Position numbers and translations under genes: made by a program
Notes under the pieces: generated by a model
The model's input: only the letters and a program-made list of their open reading frames with translations
The model's database searches: none
Told to the model about the DNA's origin: nothing
Source: Dimorphilus gyrociliatus
Lineage: Eukaryota; Animalia; Annelida
Length of the DNA stretch: 64,000 nt
NCBI GenBank assembly: GCA_904063045.1
Contig: CAJFCJ010000012.1
Span: forward strand, 372,001 to 436,000
Direction: 5' to 3'
Shown here: positions 25,901 through 37,800 of the stretch, piece by piece
Layout: the number at the start of each line of letters is the position of its first letter
Position numbering within the stretch: position 1 is the stretch's first letter

Positions 25901-26735
25901 AAACGAGTCAATAATGAAGAATGAATTATTGTTTTTTTTCATTATTATAATTGTAATACAAGTTCAAAAGCACAACTGCAATAAACAAAAGGAACTTCAT
26001 ATAATGCATATAGCATTTGAAATTTTTGGAAACAATAGATTACAGGTATAACATAAAAAAAAACAAAATATACTTTTGTCAGTTATATTTACTTATCCTT
26101 TAGTATTAATTCCCCTTGAGTATAATTAAATATACCATATATTTAATTCATAAACGTGACAAACATTCATAGCTATCAGTAGTATTTAAATCTATAAGTC
26201 TTATCACTTTGGCATTTTCATTCTATAAAGCATGCTTGCTGGAAAATGCAAGTATACTTGTGCCCTAAGGGTAATTTCTCTCATTCTAGAGGATATAAAT
26301 TATCTTTAATTATAATTCTTAGTTTTCTTGTAATAATTATAGAATTTAGTTTTCTATATATTATTATAAACATTAAATATTAATATTGTATAATAATAAA
26401 GATAATTCGCGTATAAATTACCGTTGTTTAACATTTTCAGTAGCTGTTAAAGGTAATCTGTAGACTCCTTTCTAATTTTAGATTTCATCAGAAGTTATTT
26501 GTAACAGACAGGGAAGCAATCTTTCTAGCTGTAGCATTATACAGTTTTGTTAAAATTTGATACTGTTCTGTTACTTTATGTTGCCTGTAAATGTAACGGA
26601 AAGACAAGAATCATTCCTTTGATTAGTAATAAATATATATATTTCTTTATTGACAACAATAACAAGAAGTTAAAAATTTAGCTGATTAAAAAATGATTTC
26701 TAATTTATTTCGTTAGTTTTGTTCTGTTTTTATAG

Positions 26736-29700
26736 CATATTGTGGATTTTGCACTAGAGCTTGCTACTCGAAACTTGACTCAACCAATAAAAATTCATCA
26801 TTCAATTACAAGAAGCGTAAGGCATAATTAATTTATTTTTTTTTATTATCATTGAAAGCTGCTGAAAGAAAGGGAATGAAATGATAGAGAGACAGACAAA
26901 GGGAAAGAGATAGTGAGAGAATTGAAAGAGGAGGGGAAGGGCAGGAGAGGGAGAGGCTGCAGCATTTATGTAACCAGTAGCAAGAGGCATTGTTTTTATT
27001 TTTTTGTTTTCACCTTCAAGGATCTTGGTACAGGGATGAAAGCATTTATTGATCAAGTATCAAAAGAGCCAAAAAAAATAATGCTGATTGGTCCAACATT
27101 TTCACAACAAGCTAAAGTTGTATCGGAAACAGCTAATTTTTACAACTTAGTCCAGGTAAATTGCTATCAGTTAATTTGTTTATTACTCGTTACGTTAGTT
27201 TTATTAGCCAGTAGCCGAATTTAATATATTCAAATGTCCCCTATAAACCGCTTGCAAGGCTCATTTCTGAAATAAAATCTCAACTTACTAAAACATAAAT
27301 AAAAAAAAGCCCTCCAACCGTATGGACATCACAGTTATACAATGTAGATGGCGCTCTGAAAATTCGAACCTATACTTTTTTTTAGGAAATATTAGGCATG
27401 GAGCAAAAATAAGGGATCTCTTCCTTATATGTGCAAAGGATAAAAAAATCTTATATACAAACTTTCCATATATAAACTAAAGACAAAATAAAAATAATTG
27501 CATTGTTAATATTAATACAATATAAATACTTACTAACTATTACAGATTGCTTACACTGTAACTTCTCCTGAACTCTCAAATAAGAAATTATATCCATTAT
27601 TTTCAAGAACAATGGAATCAACAGATCTCCATATACCAGCTATAATAGCAGTTTTAAAACATTTCAACTGGAATCGTGTTGGATTGCTTATTCAGGACGA
27701 AAGTTACATTTTACCAGTGGGAAAAATAGGCCTATGCTATTTTTACATAAAACTTATTTCCTGTTTTTTTTATTTCATTTTCTAGACCGCTTATGCTATG
27801 AGAAGTGAATTACTTCTTAATAATTTCACAATTTTGTCTAAAACATTCTCAGACAATCCCATAAATCAATTGGTACAGTTACGAAAAAGTGATTTCAGGA
27901 TATTTATATCATTTACACATTTCATCGAAAAAAAATCGATTTATTGCTATGTACGTTTTTTTGTACTATTTTTATATTTGATAAAGAATCATTTAATATA
28001 AAAACTAAAGAGAAAATGGTATAACTTAAAGGAAATAAACAAAATATACAGATGAAAGAGCATTTTCCACCTGACTCCCATTCACAATGGCTACACTGGG
28101 CATTTTCTTTTGGTTGGAGAATGCAACCGTCTTCCTATGATGACTGCTCTGAAGCAAATGTCAATGATACACAGAAATATGTTTTCACTTTTAACCCTTA
28201 CGGTTCCACGGCAGCAAAACATAGAATTGACAACGATGCCATAGGCATCTCTGGTTATGTAAGTGCTAGATCTATTTATATAATCAATTCTCTTAAGAAA
28301 AGCTTATAATTTGCATACAAAATATAATTTTTAGGGTACTTTTCTCTGCTACGTTCCTCATGCAAATTCTTATCTTAGATTATTTTCAGACTGCCAATCA
28401 AATTACCGAGTTGTATACAGTTTACCTTAAAAAACGTAATATTACTACAAAGACAGAAATTATCTCAAGAACGTTTGATGCCGTGTGGGCGAGTTTAATG
28501 GCCTTAGAGAACACTAAAAAATTATTGCCACCTGGTGTTGAACTAACAGACTTTGATTATAAGAATTCCAAGATAACGCAGGTTTTGCAAGATAGTTTAA
28601 GGAGTTTAGACTTTTATGGAATGTCTGTAAGTAAAAAAAAAATTATTCTTCTTTGATCTGTGTAAGTTAAGGCCGTCATTTTTATGTTTTTTTTTCTTTA
28701 AAAGGGAAGAGTTTCCTTCCAGAAGTCTGGTAATCGATTGTCTGAAATAGCTATTTTCCAAAGACAAGGTATATTATTGTCAATCAAACCTTTATCAAAC
28801 ACACAATAAACCATTAATTAAATTAGGTATAGAAGATGTAGAGGTTGGAGTTTATAATTCATTTGACAATGAATTGGAATGGTTCAAGTCTCCTATATTT
28901 TTAGGTGAAGACACTCATAATTCGTTATCTTACAAAATAAATCATATTTATACAATTGATTCTATCAAACAAAGAAAATATATTCACAAGCTACTAAGGA
29001 TGTATTAAAAAATATTTTAATAATATACAGGTGGATCACCACCACCAGACTCAACAACTATTGAACATTTGGAAATTACAATTAATATCTATTTGTTAAC
29101 TTTTTCTTACTCAATGAGCTGTTTGGGGATATTTTTTGCAATATGCTGTATTATATTTAATATTAGATATAGCAAGAATAGGATAATTAAAATGTCCTCC
29201 CCAAATATTAATAACTTTTTGGCGTTTGGTTGTATATTTGGTTGTATCTATGTTATGATAGTTGGAATTCAAGTTAATAGTAATAATAGAAATTGGATAT
29301 GCTCTGTAATTTCATATTAGTAATTCTAACTGTTTCAGTTAAATTTGCGTCATTCCCAATTATTTTTACAGATGAGGGTATGGTGTTTGGTTTGGGGATT
29401 CACGATTGCTTTTGGTAGTATGTTTTCAAAAACATGGCGTGTTTATAAAATCTTCTCTAATAAGAAGATGACTAAAAAAGCAAGTTATCTCTCTTTTTCA
29501 TCTAAATGAATTTATAGAAGATTATTTCTATTTTATTATTACAATAAAGAACGTTAAGGATAGACACCTCTTTGCTGTCGTATTTGGAGTTATGATCTTA
29601 GACTCCCTATTAATGATTTGTTGGCAAGTAGTCGATCCTTTGGCAAGAAAAACAATCTATTACGAGTTAGAGGTAATTTAGTCATATTTTTGTTAACATC

Positions 29701-30317
29701 AACAAAAACAATAATATTTGTATATATATATTAATAAAATTTCTATATATATTCTATCTAAAGTACCAAAACACCGATAATGCACAAGCATATCAGCCTT
29801 ACTTAAACATTTGTGTGTGTGAATATTCAACTTATTGGACTGGAAGTCTTTATGCCTTCAAGGGTATTTATTTATATGTTTATTTTTATACAAAACAATT
29901 ACCTTAAAATAAGCAAAGCTTGTGAGAAAAAAAATTAAATCTTCTAAATATAACTAAAATTATCCAGGATTATCGATTATTTTTGGAATATTCTTCGCTT
30001 GGGAAACTCGAAATGTTCGAATCGAAGCTCTAAACGATTCAAAACAAATCGGCCTTTGTGTTTATAATGTGATGATTATGTCCGTTATATCATCTGTTTT
30101 TGTGAATCTAATGGATGAACGTAGTGTATCAGCCACTTATGCCGTTCTATCATTTTGTATATTGATTTCTACAATAAGCACAATGTTTCTTGTTTTCGGA
30201 CCAAAAATATATCTAATTTCGAAAAGTAATAAGCAACAAAACACAGCTGTTCTGCCGTTTGCTGTAACGCTAAATGAACAACGAAAAGTGAGCACTCGAT
30301 CACGGGAAACTTCTTAA
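26736..30317 (+). CDS. GABA-B receptor-like class C GPCR (7TM closest to subunit 2); at least 13 exons, 5' end and signal peptide unresolved
   Basis: Exons: 26736-26816, 27021-27155, 27546-27716, 27786-27950, 28052-28258, 28390-28626, 28705-28768, 28827-28904, 29031-29305, 29372-29479, 29550-29672, 29764-29863, 29968-30317. Venus-flytrap motifs: [45 protein letters not shown]. 7TM motifs: [62 protein letters not shown]. Confidence 0.88.
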
Positions 30318-32516
30318 TATTTCATTGTCTTTGTAAATTTTTTCTGTTGTCTGTGACACATAGATAACATTTGATATCAAAACGCAAGGCAGACCATACA
30401 TCTTCAAGATATTTATTATTAATATAAAACATTTCTTTTATTATTTCTTATGCAAATAAATATATTAGAGGTGTTCATTTAGTCTCTATGGAAAAGACGT
30501 CTAATGTATCATACACCATACTATCCTTTTCTTCTGTATATATATATAAATTTATTCAAGTGAAATATTCGAAAAGCGCTATTCGACAAACAACTCGTGG
30601 CAATATATTAAAGTGTACTGCGCTAAGATTATTTTTTATTCTCTTGTTCTTTTGATTGATCAAGGATATAAGAGAGGGAAAATGATAAATTTAGACAATA
30701 GTGAGAGATAAATATATTTATCGAAAGATGGCAGCACAGCTTTCTTTCACCAATTTCTTCATTCTCTTGTTGACACTAAGACATTCCGATATATAAAGAA
30801 GAAAGGTTAATCAAGTAATGGGTAACGAAACAAGTAAATCACTTGGAAGGAAAAAAGAGAAACACTTTTTTCAACATTCCGAAACTTATATTTTTGGCAA
30901 AATGTCACGAGCAGACACTCTGATGCTCAAAGGTTTTCCTATTTCCTAAAATACCATTAAAGCCTTTCTGATGCCCTTTCAAAGGGCAACGGTAATAGGA
31001 AGGCGATAGGATGTGAAACTAAAAAGCATCTGTTCGCTACTCGGTGGGCGTGTGGACATTATTCCAATAAAAAAGGTCATTGGATATCTATCTTTTAAGG
31101 AAGAATATAAAAAGTCTACATCTCGAGATATATATATATAATATATATGGTAGATATATATAATAAATATAATGCTAGGTTCATGTGTATACTATAAATA
31201 GTATTTAAAAATATACGCTAGTATGCGGTATTTGTTGCATATGCATATTTCAAGTATATTAGAAAAGTACTAATTTAGGAGTATACCTGAAATCGTATAC
31301 TAAAGACAAGTTTATTTGTTAAGGACATACTGTTACTGGTACATCTATGCTGTTTTAAATTGCTATTTTGATAGCAGATGCATCAGGCTTAAATCATTTT
31401 CTATCTTTTTTCAGTTGAAACTCTCCTATTCCTATCAGTAATAAAATCTGTGAACATTTCAGCTCCATCTCCTTTTAATTCGATGACTTTTATAGCAAAG
31501 AATTGTACAAAACATACGTAATATATACAATGCAACTAGGATTCCTATCATTTTTATATAATGTATATATATATATATGCTGATTATGCATATATAGTAA
31601 ATTTATATAAGTAAAAACATAACAAAAAACTTAAAGAACATATAATTCATACTGCATGCATAAAGTATAAGGTGTTGTTTACTTAAAAATATTATAATTT
31701 TCATTTGCCTTATATACTATATACTGTAAATATATAAAGTATATACAAATCTAATATTTCTTATGTATATATAAATATACGATGTCTTCTTTTCAAAACG
31801 ATAATAGTTGTTCTTCTAAAATACCATACTAATTATAGAAAAATAATGTAAGACTACTGTAAAGATTTATATATACATATATATACTGTATATATATATA
31901 CATTTATAATTTTCTTTTATAAAGAGCATACTAAAAAAGTGAATTTTCCTGGTATAAATTTTTACTTTGAGTATCTTCAATTTATTTTATTATAATCCAT
32001 ATAAGTAATATGGACTGCAACTTATTGGAAAAAATGTGTTAGAAATGCATTTTTAGTAGTAGTATTGCATTACTTTTCCCATTGACTGCATAAATAGCGC
32101 AAAGCATATTTTTTTCTATTTCTTTTTTTACATATATACTAATATCATTTTTTTGCTATATATATATCAGTATATAGTAAATGATATATATAATATATAT
32201 GCTGTATGCCGATCTATATTTTATCTTTACTCTCAATATGCTTTTACACATTCTGAATTAAAATCTCCTTTGCACTTGCACATATTAATATAAATAAAAA
32301 TTTATACAATACATGCATATATAAAGTAGACTTTAATATACAATTTATTTGCGTGGAAACAATGTGCACAAAAAAATTAAAAGAAAGTTTGCTTTCCGTT
32401 CAGAGTATTCTCAAGGTACGTACCGAATATACATGAAAAATCACGTATTTTCTATATAATTATATTTACAATGGATAATTTATATATACACATATATACA
32501 TCTTATGATTTTAAAT

Positions 32517-32890
32517 ATATATATATATATATATAAGTGAGCATACAGGTATACCTATATATTCATATATTGGATATACAGTATATGTATACATATTTAT
32601 ACCCCTGAATTCGAATTATCTATGTTCATTTATAAATTTATATATATTTATATATATATATATATATATATATAAACATATATATATATAGCTTTTTATT
32701 TGTTCGTTTACTTTATTCATTAATCTATTTAAATAGTATTTATTCTATTTATCCTTTATTCACTTGGTTGTTTGTTATATTTATGCTAAACAACCAAATA
32801 AATGTATATAAATGTATGTATGTATGTATTTATGCGTATATATATAAATATATATATATATATAAATGCATGTATATATAAATATACACA
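32517..32890. repeat. Cluster of (TA)n and TATG low-complexity repeats downstream of the muscarinic receptor stop
   Basis: Directly visible. Confidence 0.85.
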
Positions 32891-33004
32891 GGTATATTTT
32901 CCTTATATTTACAGATACTTACGACTTTATATGCACCTTTTCTGCCCCATAAATATAGAAATTGAAACCAACAAACCTAGAAATGCATACAATATAATTA
33001 ACGC

Positions 33005-34813
33005 TTACGATCTGTGCCAATCGAATTTCAAAATCCTAGCAAACGTGCGTTTAAACTGTTGATTAGCTAGCGCATAACAGAATGGGTTAATTGGCGAATT
33101 CAAATAGCATAACCAGTAAGAAATATCATACAAAGTATCATTAACTGGTCCACCAAAACTCATTATCATCGACAGCACATGCCAAGGCGTCCAACAAACG
33201 ACGAACGCCCCTAGGATAAACGTTATCGTTCTCAGAGCCTTTCGTGCTCTATTCTCGCTCTTCGACTTATTCTGGCGTCTGGAAGACCGTCGCTGGCGTG
33301 TAGAAAGAGACTTCATCGCTTTTCTCAATGGTAATTTTGAGCCAAATTTCCTCCTCGGCCTATCCTCTCTCAAACCAGCTGAACTACAACTCTGTGCACT
33401 GGACATAGAAAAACTACTAATTGTACTAGGACGTTGTGTTGATTCTTTTTCAACGTGCAACAGTTTTGGTGGCTCGCTTATCTTGACAGTAGGCGAAGTC
33501 ATTGTAGAAGCATTATTAAACTCCTTTTTTGTGGACCTGGGTTTCCACACGGGTGATTCATCTTCTTCTGCAGGGCAATCTTTCAGCAGTCTTACATCGT
33601 CTTTAAAAGAATTGGGGCGTTCGGCATTGGATGAAAGTAGCAATTGTGATTCATGATTTTCATCGGTTATGTTAACAGTTGGGGGTAGAACCGGAGGTGA
33701 CACAGGCACAACACTGCCTTTAGGTGGTGGAGGGAGATGATTAATGCTATTTGTTTTAGAATGCTTCTTAGCCGATTTTTTCTTTTTCAGGGCATCACCT
33801 TCCTTCTTTTTCTTCTTCTTCTCTTTCGGACTTCGACGATCTGATGAGCTTGGGTCATTATCTGTATCTGATGGCAAACCCAAAGAACTGGATTTTTCAT
33901 CCTCCTCTGATTTACCCTTGGAAAATGATGTTTGTCGAACTTTGGAAGATGCCGATGCGTTTGGTACCAAAGTTGTTATATCAGTATTTTTTGACATACC
34001 AATACCTATCTTTGTCATAGTTTGACCAGCCATTGAAACAAGTGACGTCATTTTTTTATGTTTAGCTTCGCTTTTTCGCTGCAGGTCCAAAGCTACTTTG
34101 TAGATTCCTGTATAAAGTGCGCACATAACGATGAGAGTAACCCAAAAATAACCAATTGTGAGAATAACATTAAAATAGCCTTCATTCAAAAATTGAACAT
34201 AACACTCTCTTTCGGGAACAGTTCTTTTGCCAACAAAATATTGCCATCCTATTATTGAAGTAAAGAAAACAGTTACAGGTATTATCCAAGTGATAGCGAT
34301 CATAGCTGTAACTTTTCTCTCTGTTCTCCAGCTTCGATATTTAGCTGGTATCCTTACAGAACAGAATCTATCGATTGTGATAAAGAAGACAGTATAGATG
34401 GACGCTAAACAGACGGAATAATCTACACTCAGCCATAGATCGCACATAACGACTCCTAGCCGCCAATTTTTCCCCATTAGAAGGTAGATCGTGTACATGG
34501 GCATGGAAAAAGTACCAATCAGTAGGTCACTAATCGATAAACTGAAGATAAAGTAATTCGTCGGCTGCCTTATACTTCGCTCGATAATGAACGACAGTAC
34601 TACAATTAGATTGCCGAAAATCGTTACAAGACTAGTTCCACCGGCTAGTAGGCCTAGTAGGATTATCTGCCAGATCGAGTACGGGTTTTGCCTGTCGTAA
34701 GCAGCCGTTACATTAATGATTTGAGTGACGTTATTCGAGTCTGTGTCATTTATAGGCCATTGCGTAACGTTCGGATAAGTATAATTCCAGAACGAATCGT
34801 TTACGACGAGCAT
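33005..34813 (-). CDS. mAChR-B: Muscarinic acetylcholine receptor, protostome B-type; intronless ORF, 602 aa
   Basis: GNLIVV, PTNYFIFSLSISDL, CDLWLSVDYSVCLASIYTVFFITIDRFCSVRIPAKYRSWRT (B-type signature; A-type has DYxxSNASV..DRY). Long ICL3, RARKALRTITFILGAF, YWLCYLNSPINPFCYALANQQFKRTF. Several N-terminal NxS/T sites. Confidence 0.95.
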   Translation of the reverse strand: MLVVNDSFWNYTYPNVTQWPINDTDSNNVTQIINVTAAYDRQNPYSIWQIILLGLLAGGTSLVTIFGNLIVVLSFIIERSIRQPTNYFIFSLSISDLLIGTFSMPMYTIYLLMGKNWRLGVVMCDLWLSVDYSVCLASIYTVFFITIDRFCSVRIPAKYRSWRTERKVTAMIAITWIIPVTVFFTSIIGWQYFVGKRTVPERECYVQFLNEGYFNVILTIGYFWVTLIVMCALYTGIYKVALDLQRKSEAKHKKMTSLVSMAGQTMTKIGIGMSKNTDITTLVPNASASSKVRQTSFSKGKSEEDEKSSSLGLPSDTDNDPSSSDRRSPKEKKKKKKEGDALKKKKSAKKHSKTNSINHLPPPPKGSVVPVSPPVLPPTVNITDENHESQLLLSSNAERPNSFKDDVRLLKDCPAEEDESPVWKPRSTKKEFNNASTMTSPTVKISEPPKLLHVEKESTQRPSTISSFSMSSAQSCSSAGLREDRPRRKFGSKLPLRKAMKSLSTRQRRSSRRQNKSKSENRARKALRTITFILGAFVVCWTPWHVLSMIMSFGGPVNDTLYDISYWLCYLNSPINPFCYALANQQFKRTFARILKFDWHRS

Positions 34814-37800
34814 CTTTATTTTCTTTCACCGTCGTCTCTTCATTATCTCTTGCGCCACCTGTTGAAAGACGAAATACGTTAATTAAGAGATAAGGGCGAT
34901 CACTGCATATACACGCAAGATGTTTCGTATTTAATTAGTGCTAATTAGCATAGTTGCAGAAACGCCATTAACGAGCGGCGTCCTGTCTGGAACATTTTCA
35001 CTCAATGTCACTTTAGCTAGTGACTTAGTCAATTGACCGGCTATTTACGGGCCTGTAGGTCTTTCCTGATGAATATTCATGATTTCTTTCCGTCCTACAA
35101 GTACATGATTAAAGGACCAAAGCTCAGAGCAGCATGAAATTAGTATTACAAATTAAATGAGTAGTATTTTAATTATTTTTTCTTGTGGTTAACTTTAATA
35201 TTTATATTAATTAGGATAAATTACTTTCAAATACGCTTTAATTTATTAAAGTCTTTCGTGATTATTAATCTTTTCTACAATATCTGAATGATCTCTCATA
35301 AAATCCGAAATAATTTAGCTAGAAAGCCTTATTTGTATACAGCTATTTCCTTCAATATTAAACAAAAGCTGAAACAAAAACGAACAAAAGTAGTTTTCCG
35401 GACCTTTTGTTCATCGATAATCTTATGTATGAATAATAAACAATTCTAAATACGATTCAATATGAATGAAAAGAAGAGGGGGAATATAATATGTGTGGAA
35501 ATTAAACGTTTCTACTCTAAAAATCAATACAGTTTTATATTCTTTTTTTCTACATAAAAAACCCATCCTTTTTGTCATCATTTATCGAAGAGAAATTAGA
35601 AGAAGACAGAGTCTGAAATGAATCAAGAATTTCCCTGCTGTATAATGTTGGCTAAAAATAGAAACAAAGAGGCAGCCCACTCGTAGTCTATTCTATTACT
35701 TAAATCAAACGTCAGTGCCAGCCATTTTTACCCAATTGGGCGTTTGAGTAATTTGCTGTTGTCTTCAATCAAATGTTTTCTCTATTCTTTTTCATTCATG
35801 TCAAGTTAAGATGTATACAAAAAACTAACTAGCAAGAATAAAAAAAATAAAAAAAGACTGTTTTTGAAATGAAAATTCCTATGAAAAAAAATCCGTTTGT
35901 ATTCTGCTTTCTATTCCTCAGGAAAAAAAGTCTGACAAGTGTGTGTTGCAATGCCCTGGATTTTCTTCTTTTTTTTTTTTTTTAAATATTTCAAGACCAT
36001 ATACCTATTCATCATTGAATGAATAGACCATTAGATGATCCAAAGTTAGAAAGGTTTTTAACAAGTCTTTCATTAAAAACTGGTAATGATAAAGATTTCA
36101 ACGCCATTTTTCACTCTTCTACTCTCTTCCAGTTCATTGGTCTACGTAAAATCGAAAAGCAAATGCGAAAAACGTGCGTGCCTGCTTCTCATCACGCCGT
36201 CGAATAAGTTCGACTCGCCAATCCGGCAAAGTTTTGTTTTCTTAATGGCTAAATGCTGATCAAGTAGGCCTACATTTATTCATTATGTATATTATTAAAG
36301 CCATTCCCACACAGAGCCTTGCTAATCCGATAATTCCCACCGACAAAAACCTGTTTGCAATTTCCGTTCGTACGTCAACCTTTAAACCGGGAATTCGATT
36401 AATTATTCATTAAAAAAGACGTAGATTTGATTAGGCCGAAAATCCTAGGTGGAATTAGAATAAGACACTAGAAAATCCGGCATGACATTTTGCAAAATAT
36501 CAAGCGAATATGGAGATATGGTTTTAATGCACTTTAGAATACGAGAGTGCGATGCCAAACAAACGCAGAGAGATAAAGGGAGAATTTTTTGATGAGCTTG
36601 TTTGACGCCATTTTTGCTTATCTTCCTCTTCAGGCTTGAATAAATTTAGATCCGATTTAATTATTCCAAAGTCTTTTGGTCTGACAGATTATTAGAATAA
36701 AAGTGTGAAAAAACTCTTTTAGAAAAGTAAAAGGGATAGATTTCTTATCTCTTTTATTTGAATTTAAAAGGTTATTATTTTTTAAAACGATAATCTCTTT
36801 GCGATTATTAGTATCTAGCCTAAAAGGGATATATTGTCAGAGAACGGTGTGCATACAGTACCATATATTGTATCCTCTTGTCTACTAATTATGTTATTTG
36901 AATGTTTTTCTTATCAATTTTCATATACAAAATTCTCAGGACATTATAAATGAAATTTAGCTTTCTTTCCTTACGAATAAAACTAAATATAATATTCCAA
37001 TACATATAATAATAAAAAGAGTCTGACGGAAGCGAAACACTGACATATCTACAGAATTTGTACAAAAGATCCCTCTTGGGAAAAGTATCACGCTACAATG
37101 GTTTATTTTCAGTTAGATATAACATCCAAAAATGCACTAATCTATGAAATTAAGAATAATTAACTCTACCTATACAATTTCGTAAGCGTATCACGCGTTT
37201 TGCAGTGCACTTATTGGCAAATAGGCCTAATTTTTCCTTATCTAAGAATACATTAATCATTTTGCTACTATAAAGTTACATTGGCTAAAAAAATAGAATG
37301 AAAGAGAAAAAAGGAAAGGAAAAAGAAAGAAGGAAAAAAGAAGAGGAAAAGAAAAAAAAATTAATTCCGATGGATTTTAAAAAGTACAAAAGAAAAGAAA
37401 AGAAAAATAAAGATATTTACAAATAGAAAACAAAAAATAATTTGGTAATTATCAATTACTTTATAGATAAAAACACTATTACTCTAAATTTAGCACTTAC
37501 TTGGGTTAAATAGTAATAGTTATCTGCTCTTAATTAGCATATTATCAGTACCTAATTTACTTTTATAGGTATTTAATTTGCTTCTTTTTCGTTGATGCTT
37601 TATTCCTTAAATTCAATTTGCCCTTTTGAAGTTAGGACACTATATATGTCATCTTATAATAAAAAAAAATCTATAGAGAAAAATGGCGTCAAATTGCAAA
37701 TGGCAAATACCGTGATTGTAAGTGGAAAGAAGTCGGCTTAGGGTTAGATAAAAGAAAAGCTCGGCTTCCTATATCTAATTTTTGCCATTGATTTCACAAT

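Noticed and set aside
26913-27020. N-terminal part of track ORF 26913..27224 as the GABA-B-like start
   Set aside because: It starts at GTG in a purine-rich tract with no signal peptide, and is better explained as intron between donor 26817 and acceptor 27020.
32802-33062. 86-aa + strand ORF
   Set aside because: Low-complexity TA/TATG sequence, antisense to the end of the muscarinic gene.
33744-34882. + strand ORFs 33744, 34058 and 34688
   Set aside because: Antisense shadows of the muscarinic receptor CDS.
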